Source of the DNA: Candidatus Latescibacterota bacterium
GTDB taxonomy: Bacteria; Latescibacterota; UBA2968; UBA8231
Reading direction: 5' to 3'
NCBI GenBank assembly: GCA_965243025.1
Contig: CBDETY010000003.1
Span: forward strand, 832,001 to 896,000
DNA: 64,000 bases
A model generated the notes under the pieces. It was given only the letters and a program-made list of their open reading frames with translations. It had not been told where the DNA came from and did no database searches. The translations under genes and the position numbers were made by a program. Each line of letters starts with the position of its first letter. Within the stretch, counting starts at the first letter, position 1. Positions 29,806 to 40,473 of the stretch are shown here, in pieces.

Positions 29806-31926
29806 TTATTGATCCTCCTCCTCCTCAGCGGTGGAAGTTCCACCCCTTTCTCCTCTTCCTTGCCAGTCTTGGGCGATTTGTCCCCAATCCACCTCACGTG
29901 AAATGGGCTCGCCTTCCTCATCTTTGCCTACCCACACCCCCCAGAACTCCGGGTCATCGGAGCGGGGTTGCTGCGTCTTGGGCAAGTCGTTCATCTTCAC
30001 CAGAATCGGCAACTCCGATGCCCACCCAAGCAGAATCGCACTCTGGGACGGCAGAGAAGGCAGCTCCCGCAGAAGCCCACGAAGATTGTCAGGCACGAAC
30101 CGATGCACAAGATTCTGGTCACGGTCGTTGCTGATCCGATGAAGGAGGAATGTATTGCACTGAGACAGCACCGTGGGGGACAGCTCGGATGGCCGTTGCG
30201 ACGACAGGACCAGCCCCAGTCCGAACTTCCGCCCTTCGCGGGCGATGCGCTCAAAGACCTGACAGCAAATAGTCGCCGCGTCCTGATTCTCCATGTCCTC
30301 CCTGTAACGCTTGATGAACGTGTGCGCTTCCTCCATCACGAGAACGCTCGGAAGAGCGACACCGTTCACCTTGACGTAACGCTGCAGTGCCTCGAAGACC
30401 ATGCGAGCAATGACCGCCGTAACAATGTGAACGACTTCGGTTGGCACAAGCGACAAATCGATTACTGAAACGCAACCACCTTCAGCATCACCATCTTCTG
30501 CCTCGTTCGTTCCGATGTAGTCTTTCAGCCACCCATCCAGCGTTATGTCGACACCTCCCATGATTGGCATCATCCGGGAATCCGTGAGTAACGTACGGAT
30601 TCTGACCAGCAACGTTTCGACATGCTCAGATACGTTGAGCATTTCCGCTACCGCCTCCACGCTACGAAGGAGCGATGTGCCCTCGAAAGGGCGAGGGGCA
30701 TCTACATCCGAAGGCAGAGTGTCTGACTCCGTGCCGCCGAAGGCGGAATGTGCAACGCTCGTCGCGGTCAGTAGGTCCTCAACATCCTGTCTAGTGAAAT
30801 CGTAGTTGGCGTATTGTTGACGGCGGGGTTCACAAAGCGCTTCGATCTTACTCACGAGCGCCTGCAGCTTGTCCTTTTGATCTCCACCGAAGGATCCAAG
30901 GTCAGATTCCAGTCCCAACTTCCATTTCTCTAGCTTTTCCAAAAACGACTTCGGTTTTGGAAAACTGCTCCACGGACTACCAGCGTTTTGCTCGATCCGG
31001 ATAGTTGCCACGAGCGTGCGCAGGAAGCGGCGCGTGTCATGGCTCGCATCCTCTGTTGGTACATCGTGGCCATCACGAACGGAGCGAAGCGCTTGGATGA
31101 GAGTCGGGCGCTGCGTTCTCGCGCTTGCCTGCGTGAACGAACACCACTCCGCACTGTTCCAGAACCACAGCGGCACTTTCAACGCGATCTCGCCTTTGTC
31201 CGGATTAACTTTGAAGATCCTCGCCTTGATCGGATCGTCGGCCCCGAATGCCCGTGAATATTCGCCGTTGGGGTCGAGGATGATAAACCTCGCATTGGGC
31301 CGGCCCTCACAGCGGGCCTGTTTTGCCTGCTCCAGGCTCCAACGGATCAGCCCGGCAACAGAGCAGGACTTACCGCTACCGGTGTTTCCAAGAACGGCCA
31401 GATGGCGGCCGAACAAGCGATTCGGGTCGACCCGCACCTCCGCATCGCCCGCTAGCGGGCTCGACCCGATCTTCACGTGCCGTCGTTCGCCCGATTCGAT
31501 GATGGATCGGAGTTGGCTTTCAGTGGGGAGCACAACGGCGGCGCCTACCGACGGCAGCGCATCAGCGCCCCGCTTGAAGGCATATTGCTCGTCCGTCCCC
31601 TTTGGTCGTAGCGTACCAAGCGGGTTAAGCCTCAGCTTGCGGAGTGGATAGGGCAGATCTACCAGCCCGAAGTCCTGCATCCCGCGCCGCTTCGGGAATG
31701 CCGATCTTTCGACTGTTAACCACTCGACCTGACCAACCAGAAAAGCCTCATCGACCGAGATCAAAAGGTAACCGTTGACCCTGGGGAACGGACGAGGGCC
31801 ACCCGTATTCAGGGCGATCGACTCGGGCGCCTCGATATCAAGGGCAACCCTAATCTCGTCTGGAGACACAAAGTCCACTGTGCCGACACGCAGGCTTCCC
31901 GCCTGCTCGAGAGGGGTCTGAGTCAT
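29806..31926 (-). CDS. herA: HerA/DUF87 ATPase of a SIR2-HerA defence system
   Basis: HLAVLGNTGSGKS, LDPNGEY, MEEAH, IAREGRKFG, SQRPSEL; ATGA overlap with SIR2. Confidence 0.9.
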   Translation of the reverse strand: MTQTPLEQAGSLRVGTVDFVSPDEIRVALDIEAPESIALNTGGPRPFPRVNGYLLISVDEAFLVGQVEWLTVERSAFPKRRGMQDFGLVDLPYPLRKLRLNPLGTLRPKGTDEQYAFKRGADALPSVGAAVVLPTESQLRSIIESGERRHVKIGSSPLAGDAEVRVDPNRLFGRHLAVLGNTGSGKSCSVAGLIRWSLEQAKQARCEGRPNARFIILDPNGEYSRAFGADDPIKARIFKVNPDKGEIALKVPLWFWNSAEWCSFTQASARTQRPTLIQALRSVRDGHDVPTEDASHDTRRFLRTLVATIRIEQNAGSPWSSFPKPKSFLEKLEKWKLGLESDLGSFGGDQKDKLQALVSKIEALCEPRRQQYANYDFTRQDVEDLLTATSVAHSAFGGTESDTLPSDVDAPRPFEGTSLLRSVEAVAEMLNVSEHVETLLVRIRTLLTDSRMMPIMGGVDITLDGWLKDYIGTNEAEDGDAEGGCVSVIDLSLVPTEVVHIVTAVIARMVFEALQRYVKVNGVALPSVLVMEEAHTFIKRYREDMENQDAATICCQVFERIAREGRKFGLGLVLSSQRPSELSPTVLSQCNTFLLHRISNDRDQNLVHRFVPDNLRGLLRELPSLPSQSAILLGWASELPILVKMNDLPKTQQPRSDDPEFWGVWVGKDEEGEPISREVDWGQIAQDWQGRGERGGTSTAEEEEDQ

Positions 31927-33344
31927 GACCTCGAGCCTTCCCCCTCTGCTGGAGGGACCGGGTTACCGTCGTTGTCACGCGGCTCCGTACCCCACCGGGC
32001 CTTGAGCAGTTCCGCCATGCGGAAGGTCGTGCGGTCGATGGCGGGCTTCGGTAGGTAGTTGTCGACAAGGGTCACGAGATCGCCGAGATGGTTGCCGATC
32101 AAGAGCGTGATCTGCGCGTGCCTTCCCAACCTTTCGTATGTGCGCATGATTCGGTTGAGGGGATCATCATGAGCGATGACCACTAGGTGTGACGACGGAA
32201 TTGTGAGCATGTCCTCAATCACCCGATTGATGTGCTCATCGCCGAAGCTGTAGCCGTAGCAGACCAAGGTGCTATTCGGTCTACAGATTGCAGCGGCGAA
32301 ATCCCGAAACAACTCGACGTAGGGGTAGGAGGCGGTCTCCCGATCCTTAGCGGCGTTTGGATAGATCATGATGCGGGTTGCGTCGCCGCCTTCTAGGCCA
32401 GCAGCCGAAAGGAATGGCGCGGTATCCGCAGAACCGAACGGGAGACCTATACGGCGGATTGCATCGTCATAGTCGAGCCAATCGACGGAGCCGTGCAGCT
32501 TGGTGAAACGCACCACGCCTTCAAGATAGCGCGGCTCGCCACGGATTCCGGGTGGGTTGTAGTGCAGATCTACGTCCAGCCGTGACGCACGGAAAACCGG
32601 CGCAAGGGTCCCAACGAATCGGTCGATGAGTCGTAGCCCTGCCACATCCCCGCCGGCTTCAATGTAGCGGTCGTAGTTCGTCGTGAAGAGCTGCAACCGT
32701 TCCCGAGTTCCAGAACGACTGGCAAAGCTCATCAGGAAGCTGATGAGGTAGTTAACCGCCTGTTCACGCTTCTCTGTAGCTGCGGATACGAGACCTCGTT
32801 CGCTATCCAGGATGGAGCTCGCGAAAGATTGGAGCGCGTTCGTTAAGTCGGATCTCAAGTCCGACACTTGTTTTCCATCTGGGGCATTTTCCGGATTTGC
32901 AGATGCGATGATCTCCATGCCACGAAGCAGCTCGGTTGCAACTCGAATCTGGTCCTCAAAGTTCCCCTTTTCGCGTCCGGAAGCTTTGGCAATTCGCTTC
33001 GCTTCCTCTACGATCTCGTTGTTCAGACACCTAAAGTCGACGGGGTTCATTCCCGGCAGCGTCTTATTCGTCGCCAATCCGTGAACAGCGTGGGTCAGCC
33101 CCGACCCGACCAGCAAGGACAAGTGTTCGGACTGGACCAGCGCCGTCAGCCATGGCTCGATTCGAGACCGCAGCTCTTTTGTGCCAAATGGTTCATCTTT
33201 CGTTGCCCACGAACATGTCGATCCTTCCAAGAGCTTGAACGGACCTGATTCTTCAGGTAGATCATCCAGTTTCTCAAAGAAAACGGGGCGTGTATCATCC
33301 CTGCACTTTATAATTTGCTTATTCACGGGTTGGAGTCCCTCCAC
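31923..33344 (-). CDS. SIR2-like (SIR2_2) NADase
   Basis: LLVGSG, FTTNYD, KLHGS, YGYSFGDEHIN. Confidence 0.9.
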   Translation of the reverse strand: MEGLQPVNKQIIKCRDDTRPVFFEKLDDLPEESGPFKLLEGSTCSWATKDEPFGTKELRSRIEPWLTALVQSEHLSLLVGSGLTHAVHGLATNKTLPGMNPVDFRCLNNEIVEEAKRIAKASGREKGNFEDQIRVATELLRGMEIIASANPENAPDGKQVSDLRSDLTNALQSFASSILDSERGLVSAATEKREQAVNYLISFLMSFASRSGTRERLQLFTTNYDRYIEAGGDVAGLRLIDRFVGTLAPVFRASRLDVDLHYNPPGIRGEPRYLEGVVRFTKLHGSVDWLDYDDAIRRIGLPFGSADTAPFLSAAGLEGGDATRIMIYPNAAKDRETASYPYVELFRDFAAAICRPNSTLVCYGYSFGDEHINRVIEDMLTIPSSHLVVIAHDDPLNRIMRTYERLGRHAQITLLIGNHLGDLVTLVDNYLPKPAIDRTTFRMAELLKARWGTEPRDNDGNPVPPAEGEGSRS

Positions 33345-33372
33345 CTATCTGAACGCTGATCTTGGCTCTCCA

Positions 33373-36180
33373 TCACACTCGGAACACTTTCATCACCTCG
33401 TCCCCGAGGTGGTTGATCACCTTGACGGCTATCCGGCCCGACGCCGGCCTGGGGAAAGGTCGGGAGGTATCGCTGTTCAGGGTCTCCCAGACTTCCTGGT
33501 TGATCTCGGCCTTCAGGGTCGTCCGCAGGGCCTTGTAAGGGTCGTTGGCGCCGAGGAAGTAGGCGTGGCGGACGAAGAAGCTCTCCTCGTTGTAGTCGCT
33601 GTCGACGAACCAGCAGGCGATGCCGTCGGCGCTGTCGCTGCGGATCTCGCCGGTGTTGGGGTGGAAGACGTCGACGCCGTTGATCTTGACCTGGATCTGT
33701 CCGTCCTCGGCGTCGAGGAGGTCGATGTCCGGCTCGCCGAAGATGACGAAGAGGTTGCCCTTGCCGGTGTTCTTGAGGTCGTCGGCCATGTGGAGGTCGG
33801 CGTTCATGCGCGCCTTCAGGACCGGGACGCGGCCGAGCTTGCTGAACTCCGAGGCATGGGCGTCGTAGTTGAAGGCGCACGCGACGAGCACGTCGAAGTC
33901 GGCGTCGGCCGCCTCGCGCACCGCCGACACGAGATCGGGGCGGGAGACAGTGCCGAACTCCGGGCCGATGAAGATGCCGGCGCGTCTCTGGGGGCCTGAG
34001 TCCCCGTTGCCTTCGACGTAGGTTCCCTCGGCGCAGACGAGCTCGCCGGGCCAGGGTCTGATCCCGGAGAAGGAGAGGCGGTCCTCCTTGTGCGCCTGCT
34101 GAACGCCGGAGGTCTTGAGGTTGTCGAGGATCATCCCGGCGAAGTCCTGCTTCGCCCCGTACCCGAGGCTGGCTTCGGCGAGGTTGTCGATGAGCTCGTC
34201 GTTCTCATCGACGCCGAGCAGGCGGTGCGGCGACAGGCTCTCCACCGTAAAGGGGCCGGCGACCCGGACTTTCCTGTTGTCTTCGTAGGGCTTGTCGTAG
34301 AGGTATTCGTAGTCCGCCTTGGCGGCGATGGAGGCGTCGATCTCCTTCTGCCGGGCGATGCGCTGTTCCCACCAGTCCGCGTGGATTCTCTTGACCTCAT
34401 CGGGCCAGGCGTCGTCGGCGTCGCGGGGGATTTCCCATTCCTCAAAGGATGTTCCGAGGGCGGCGTTCAGTTCCTGGCGGAGCGGCTCCAGCGTTTCCTG
34501 GAACTTCTCCCAGATCACGTCGATCTCGGTGTTGTTGGCTATCGACTTGAGGGTGATGTGGGGGACCCGCTCGTACACGAAGCCGTGGCGGATGTCGTTG
34601 TACGTGGGCGCTTCCGAGGGAACTTTGCGGGAGATCTCGCCTTCCTTGACCTGGCCGTCGCGGCTGTCGGCGAGCAGGTAGTAGGGATAGCGGGCCCCCA
34701 TGACGCGGGCGCGAGCGAGCGCCAAGGCGACGCGGGAGGTGTCGATGGTGATCCAGCGGCGGCCCCACTGTTCGGCGACGTACGCGGTGGTGCCGGAGCC
34801 GCAGGTGGGGTCGAGGACGAGGTCGCCGGGGTCCGTGGTCATCAGGATGCAGCGTTGGATCGCCTTTGACCCAGTCTGAACTACGTAGACTTTGTCGTCC
34901 GTAAAGCTCCCCGTGCCGGTATCTTCCCAATAGTTGGAGACCGGCATTACTGGGAAATCCATTAATAGACGAACGTAACGCAAGCTATTTTTGGCGACAT
35001 GAAGTCGGTTAGCTCTTCCGAGCCTATCAAGTCCTGTTTCTGTGGTCTTCCATGTCGCGGAATACTTCTCGGACCGAAATGAGAAAGGAAACCTTGGATT
35101 CCCTTGCGATGTAAGGTCGCTTGGCCGATAGATCGTAGCATTAGTTGGAATAGTCTTGAGGCTCCGATTCTCACTCGCGCTAAGGCCTCGCCGTGTGCCA
35201 TCAGGTAGCTCAACCCAGTTGTAAGAACTCGCAGAGCCGTCTTCTAACGACTTCGAGATATACGGCTGTCGGAATTTCACCAGACCTAGATCTTTTGCAA
35301 ACCAGATGAGGAAGTCGTAGCGGGAAGGAAGGAGTTTTGCACCAAGACCTGTAGTTTTCGAGAAAGGAATTACCGCGCAAAAATTCTCCTCCCCGAACAC
35401 CTCGTCCATCAACGCCCGCACCCGATGCACATTCTCGTCTCCGATCTGTACAAAGACCGACCCGCTCTCCGTCAACAGATCCCACGCCACCGTCAGCCGG
35501 TCCCGCAGATACGTCAGGTACGAGTGAATGCCGTCCCGCCACGTATCCCGGAACGCCTTCACCTGCTCCGGCTCGCGTGTGATGTGCCCCGCGTTCCCGT
35601 CCTTGACGTCGCGGCTGGTCGTCGACCACTGGAAGTTGGAGTTGAACTTGATGCCGTAGGGCGGGTCGATGTAAATGCACTGGACCTTTCCCCGCAGCCC
35701 CTCCCGCTCCGCCAGCGACGCCATCACCTGCAGGCTGTCCCCGAGAATCATCCGGTTCGACCAGTTGGCGTCGTGCTGGTAGAACTCCGTCTGCGCGTCC
35801 GCGCTCGGCAGCCCGTTGAAGTCCGCGAACAGGTCGGCCTGGGTGCCGTTCCCGTTCCCCTGCTCCGCCTCCGTCTCCCTGGTCCGCTGCCGCAGATCGT
35901 CGATCAGCACCTTCGGGTGCACCTTCTCCTGGATGAACAACGGCGGCGCCTGCACCACCAGGTCCGACCAGTTCTGCTCGTCCTTGCCGCGCCAGACAAG
36001 CTGCGGGTCGAGGTCCGGGTTGCGCCGCTCGTACGCGACCCTGATCGGATTGCGGTCGTCCTCTGCCATTACCGCCTGGTACTCGGCCGTGGGGATGTTC
36101 TTCCGCGACGCGTCCTGGTGCCGGAGGCTTTCCACGGTCTTGGTTGATTTCCGTTTCGCCGTTGATTTCCGTTTCGCCAT
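33373..36180 (-). CDS. mod: Type III R-M methyltransferase (Mod)
   Basis: YIDPPY, LDPTCGSGTT; lower-GC central target recognition segment. Confidence 0.92.
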   Translation of the reverse strand: MAKRKSTAKRKSTKTVESLRHQDASRKNIPTAEYQAVMAEDDRNPIRVAYERRNPDLDPQLVWRGKDEQNWSDLVVQAPPLFIQEKVHPKVLIDDLRQRTRETEAEQGNGNGTQADLFADFNGLPSADAQTEFYQHDANWSNRMILGDSLQVMASLAEREGLRGKVQCIYIDPPYGIKFNSNFQWSTTSRDVKDGNAGHITREPEQVKAFRDTWRDGIHSYLTYLRDRLTVAWDLLTESGSVFVQIGDENVHRVRALMDEVFGEENFCAVIPFSKTTGLGAKLLPSRYDFLIWFAKDLGLVKFRQPYISKSLEDGSASSYNWVELPDGTRRGLSASENRSLKTIPTNATIYRPSDLTSQGNPRFPFSFRSEKYSATWKTTETGLDRLGRANRLHVAKNSLRYVRLLMDFPVMPVSNYWEDTGTGSFTDDKVYVVQTGSKAIQRCILMTTDPGDLVLDPTCGSGTTAYVAEQWGRRWITIDTSRVALALARARVMGARYPYYLLADSRDGQVKEGEISRKVPSEAPTYNDIRHGFVYERVPHITLKSIANNTEIDVIWEKFQETLEPLRQELNAALGTSFEEWEIPRDADDAWPDEVKRIHADWWEQRIARQKEIDASIAAKADYEYLYDKPYEDNRKVRVAGPFTVESLSPHRLLGVDENDELIDNLAEASLGYGAKQDFAGMILDNLKTSGVQQAHKEDRLSFSGIRPWPGELVCAEGTYVEGNGDSGPQRRAGIFIGPEFGTVSRPDLVSAVREAADADFDVLVACAFNYDAHASEFSKLGRVPVLKARMNADLHMADDLKNTGKGNLFVIFGEPDIDLLDAEDGQIQVKINGVDVFHPNTGEIRSDSADGIACWFVDSDYNEESFFVRHAYFLGANDPYKALRTTLKAEINQEVWETLNSDTSRPFPRPASGRIAVKVINHLGDEVMKVFRV

Positions 36181-36239
36181 TGATTGTAGTCTTTCTAACG
36201 TATCACAAACTGAGTCGGTTACAGGTCGGAATCATCGAT

Positions 36240-36407
36240 ACAGCATCAGGTACCGCTGAAGACGGACAGGCAATCTTCGATGGCCTCGTTACAGGTTGGT
36301 CAACAGCTCTTCGAAGGACTCCCCTTGAATTGCACACCCGGGAATAGAGGGTACTTCTGTCCAGTAACCGCCCTTCTCAGCTGATGGTTCACAATTTTTA
36401 ATTTCAT
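36240..36407 (-). pseudogene. hicB: Frameshifted HicB-like antitoxin
   Basis: MKLKIV / AEKGGYWTEVPSIPGCAIQGESFEELLTNL / EAIEDCLSV split by frameshifts; ATG overlaps the res stop. Confidence 0.75.
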
Positions 36408-39400
36408 CGGTTTCCTCTCGGTTGGTTTGATATTTCCGCCGTTTCAGTATCCGCCTGGGTTCGAAACCCCTCAAGCAAAAGATCGAACGCGGCTTCCACC
36501 TCGAAAACATCGGTGAACTCGGCGAAGGCCCAGCGCCCGTAGTCCCCGTGGTTGTTCACCCCGGGGACCCAGTAGGTGTCCATGGTCGCCTTCTTGTCCT
36601 TGGCGTCTTCCCTCCGGTACCCCTTGATTTCGACGACCAGGTGCAGAAGATCGCCGTCCCCCCGGCCGTCGTCGACTTGAACGATGAAGTCCGGCAGGTA
36701 GGTCCGCGTTTCCGAGCCGGACCGGTAGGGGACCTCCAGGCCGAGGTTGTGGTTCTTGACGTAGGACCTCACCTGCGGGTGGGACTCGGCGACCCGGCAG
36801 AACTCCGCCTCCCAGTCGCTGTCGAGGACGACCCAGTTGACGTGGCAGCGGCGGGAGTCGGTCTCGTACCGGCTGGTTTTAGTGGTGTTGAAATTTACGT
36901 GGGCGGTGGAACCGACGGGATTGTACGGATCGAGCACCGCTTTAACCGGGCGGGTGCCGATCCCCTCCCGGGTGATGGCCGCCGCGATCTTCTCGCAGGC
37001 CCTGTCCGCCAGCTCCTGGTACATGAGCTGGGCTGGCCAGGTGCCCCCCTTGCAGACGAGACAGCCGTCGAGCCACTGCTTGGTGATCCGCTTGAGCTGC
37101 CCGAAGAGATGGAGCTTCGGCTCCTCGCCAGGGTCGCGGTACTTGGTGTAGAGCAGGCGCTGGGTCAGGTGGAACAGCAGGGTCGAGGTGCGCAGCCCGT
37201 TGGTGTGAACGAGGTCGAGGTCGACCCCCTCGCCGATGATCCCCTGGACCAGTGTCTTCGAGGGACCGATCAGGTCGGGCGTCAACTCCAGCACCGAGTC
37301 GTCGTTGAACCCGGCTTCGAGCCGCTCTTCCGGCAGCTCCACCCGGTACCCGGCCACCCGCGGGAAACGGATCTCCAGCGCGTCCCTTTCCGGGCGCACC
37401 GCCCGCACCTGGACGGTCTCCCGCGGCGGCTTCGCCGCAGCCACCACGGGCCTGGCGGTGAAGTCGAACGGGATCCCCAGGACGTCGGCGTACTCGACGT
37501 CGAACAGGCCGTCTTCGTTGAGGTCGTAGGACTGCCGCCGCAAAGCGCGGCCCACCACCTGCTCGCAGAGCAGCTGCGTCCCGAAGGCGCGGACGCCGAG
37601 AACGTGGCTGACGGTGTTGGCGTCCCACCCTTCGGTCAGCATCGACACCGACACCACGCAGCGGATCGAGTCCCCGAGCCGGCCCTCCTTGCCGACGGTG
37701 TTCATGACCTCCCGGAGGAGATCCTGGTCGGTGATCTTCTCGGCCTGGCGGCGGTCGCCGGTGCGCTCGACGATCTCGCGGCGGAAGCGCTCGATCTCGT
37801 CGGCGGCCATGTCGCGGAAGTTCCTGTCGAGCGCCTCCCCGGACTCCAGCTGTTCGCTGTCGATCAGGAGGGTGCGGGGCCGCGGGAGCCGGGTGCCGTC
37901 GTCCTCGAAGTTGCGGAACAGCTCGAGGCGCCCGTTCTCGAACGTCTTCGAGCCGTTCTCGTTGTCGCGGTGGAAGCCGGAGATGTAGTCGTGGACCAGC
38001 TTGGAGGTCGAGGTGTTGTTGCAGACGACGATGAAGCAGGGGGGCACGGAAATCCCCGCCTCCTGCATCATCTCGAAGTTCTTCCGGTAATGGCCGTACA
38101 GCGCATCCAGGGCGTTCTGCAGCCGGACGGGCAGGCTCAGGGGATCGAGGTGGCTGGACTTGCCCCGACCCTTCTTCGGCATGTCCTCGCGGATGTGCTC
38201 CCACAGGTTGCGGAACTTCGGCATGTCGCCGCCGGGGATGTTGTCGGCCACCGGCACGCGGGGCAGCTTGACGATGCCGCACTCGATGGCATCCATGAGC
38301 GAGAAGTCGCACATCGTCCACGGGAACAGCGTGCCTTCGGCGTACCCGGACCCGCGCAGAAAGAAGGGGGTGGCCGACAGGTCGATCACCCGGTTGATGC
38401 CGAGCTTTCCGCCGGCCGTCTCCAGCCCTGAAATCCACAGCCGGGCGGCCTCCGTGTTCTTCTCGGCCTCCTTCCGGTCGTCCCCCTTCAGCGTTTCTTC
38501 CTCGACCTCCCCCGGCTTTTCGCGGTAGCAGTGGTGGGCCTCGTCGTTGAGGACGAGGATGTTCTTCAGGCCCATGAGCCCGGGCATGACCCTTTGCAGC
38601 ATCTGTCCCTCGGTCTCGAGGGTGGCGATCGATTCCCCCCGTCCCTGGAGCAGGGAACGGCCCCCCTTGGACAGCTCCATGCGCTCGCGCAGCTTGAAGG
38701 CGTGGTAGTTGGTGATGACGATCTTCGCCTTCTCGAGGTCGGGCAGCATGTCGTTGGGGACCAGCTCGCGGCTCTGGTAGTAGCTGTCGGGATCGTTCGG
38801 CTGCAGCACGCGCAGGCGGTCCTTGATGGTGATGCCCGGGGTGACCACGAGGAAGCCGCGCGTGAAGCGGCTGCTCTGCGGCCGGCGCACGGCGTTGACG
38901 GTCTGCCAGGCGATCAGCATCGCCATGACCGTGGTCTTGCCGGCGCCGGTAGCCAGCTTGAGGGCGAGCCGCGGCAGGTCGGGGTTGGCCTCTTCGTTGG
39001 CGTTGGCCAGATGGTCGAGGAAGCTCCGGCCGGCTCGCGTGCCGGGAGCGACCTCGGTGAGCCAGATGGCGGTCTCGGCCGCTTCCACCTGGCAGAAGAA
39101 GGGGCGGATGCCGCTGAAGCGGTGGCGCCGCCAGTGCCGGAGCAGGCGGGCGGTCTCCGGGGTCACCTGCCACCGGGCCTCCGGCAGCTCGCGCCAACGG
39201 TCGACCTGCCGGCGGACCCCGTTGATGATGGCGGTCAGGTCGTATTGCTGGCCGTCGGTCCCGAGCTTCTGAGCCTTCTGGTCGAAGACCATCGCCGCCT
39301 GCTGCGCCGACCCCTTGCGTTTTCGGGGCTTCGGAATCGGGGTGATGAACTCCGCCTGGCGGCGGCTTTCGATGGTTTTCCGGGTCGGCTGCCCGGTCTC

Positions 39401-39475
39401 GTCCAGCTCCCAGTGGCGGGACGGGCGCTCGTAGGGAGAGTTGAGGACGGGGCGCTCGAAGAAAGGATCAGTCAA
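36404..39475 (-). CDS. res: Type III R-M restriction subunit (SF2 helicase plus PD-(D/E)xK nuclease)
   Basis: LATGAGKT, NDEAHH, SATP, MLTEGWD, QVVGRALR, YLPDF...VEIKG. Confidence 0.92.
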   Translation of the reverse strand: MTDPFFERPVLNSPYERPSRHWELDETGQPTRKTIESRRQAEFITPIPKPRKRKGSAQQAAMVFDQKAQKLGTDGQQYDLTAIINGVRRQVDRWRELPEARWQVTPETARLLRHWRRHRFSGIRPFFCQVEAAETAIWLTEVAPGTRAGRSFLDHLANANEEANPDLPRLALKLATGAGKTTVMAMLIAWQTVNAVRRPQSSRFTRGFLVVTPGITIKDRLRVLQPNDPDSYYQSRELVPNDMLPDLEKAKIVITNYHAFKLRERMELSKGGRSLLQGRGESIATLETEGQMLQRVMPGLMGLKNILVLNDEAHHCYREKPGEVEEETLKGDDRKEAEKNTEAARLWISGLETAGGKLGINRVIDLSATPFFLRGSGYAEGTLFPWTMCDFSLMDAIECGIVKLPRVPVADNIPGGDMPKFRNLWEHIREDMPKKGRGKSSHLDPLSLPVRLQNALDALYGHYRKNFEMMQEAGISVPPCFIVVCNNTSTSKLVHDYISGFHRDNENGSKTFENGRLELFRNFEDDGTRLPRPRTLLIDSEQLESGEALDRNFRDMAADEIERFRREIVERTGDRRQAEKITDQDLLREVMNTVGKEGRLGDSIRCVVSVSMLTEGWDANTVSHVLGVRAFGTQLLCEQVVGRALRRQSYDLNEDGLFDVEYADVLGIPFDFTARPVVAAAKPPRETVQVRAVRPERDALEIRFPRVAGYRVELPEERLEAGFNDDSVLELTPDLIGPSKTLVQGIIGEGVDLDLVHTNGLRTSTLLFHLTQRLLYTKYRDPGEEPKLHLFGQLKRITKQWLDGCLVCKGGTWPAQLMYQELADRACEKIAAAITREGIGTRPVKAVLDPYNPVGSTAHVNFNTTKTSRYETDSRRCHVNWVVLDSDWEAEFCRVAESHPQVRSYVKNHNLGLEVPYRSGSETRTYLPDFIVQVDDGRGDGDLLHLVVEIKGYRREDAKDKKATMDTYWVPGVNNHGDYGRWAFAEFTDVFEVEAAFDLLLEGFRTQADTETAEISNQPRGNR

Positions 39476-40248
39476 GGCGGCAGATTCCTGCGGGTGGCCG
39501 GCGGTCGTCAGGCGAGTCGGGCAGGATTGGGAGGCCAGGAAGTTTCCGTTGGGTTAGTGGTGCTCTGGATACACATCAGAAATATAGGTCGATGAGCAGA
39601 GGTTGGGTGCGCTCTCCCGGCTTGGTGAACGGCACCGAGACTTCCGCGGCGCACGCCCTGGCGGATGGTGTTGGATTTACCGGATCACGAAGCCGTCGCA
39701 GACCACCTGGCGCACCTCGGTGGTGAACGGCGGTGAACCGAAGTGCATGGTCATGTCAGCCGCGAACCGGTTTGGCAATCCAGGACGGGGTGGTCAAGTT
39801 GGAGCACGTCGGGCGGCGCCAGAAAAACGGCCGGGTCAAGTGACGGTTTGAAAAAAGAGAAGCCCGCAAGGATTCGACTGTTGGTACATCAGCGGCAGTC
39901 TTACCCCTATCTGGATTGCCTGCGTAGCTGCCCTTTCAGGGTCCTTGATCGCGCCACTCAGGTTCCGCGTTTTTCCAAAAAATCTGGTATAACCTTATGA
40001 AAGGAAATGTAGCCCTCCCGGCTGCCTCGGTACGTTTGGCAGCTTCCGGAAGTCCTTCCAGTTAAACAACACCCTTCCCCACTGTTCCGCTCCGCGCTAC
40101 CGCGACGGACACCCCTATACGAACCGAATAGCTGAAAAGCGGTCTGTCGCGTGGCAACGGTCCCCGGCAGGCCGTCAGGGCCGTGCTGTGCCCTTCTGCC
40201 GGTGTCCACCTGACCATCCACCCCCCCCAAAACATGGAGAGAATAGAA

Positions 40249-40473
40249 ATGACGCAAGATCAGCTGAAAAGGGCCAGAGACGCCCTGGGCATGAAGCAAT
40301 GGGAATTGGGCCTCGCCCTGGGTGTCAGTGAGGCCGAGGTGTGCCTGTGGGAGAAGGGAAAGCGAACGATGCCCGAAAGGTATCTCCGGCTTATGGGAGC
40401 CATCATCCACCACCAGGAACGGGGCTTGATCCTGTCCTGGAAAGCCTCAATCCACCGGGAAAGGAGGGCGTAA
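40249..40473 (+). CDS. XRE/Cro-like HTH regulator
   Basis: LKRARDALGMKQWELGLALGVSEAEVCLWEKG. Confidence 0.8.
   Translation: MTQDQLKRARDALGMKQWELGLALGVSEAEVCLWEKGKRTMPERYLRLMGAIIHHQERGLILSWKASIHRERRA

Noticed and set aside
36143-36180. Phase-variable repeat in mod (phasevarion)
   Set aside because: It is a two-copy in-frame 18-bp duplication (AKRKST x2) that cannot switch the frame
36548-39595. Long alternative-frame and antisense ORFs over res (also over mod, WD40, collagen and IS genes)
   Set aside because: Shadow ORFs caused by high GC3 and repeats; no recognisable domains
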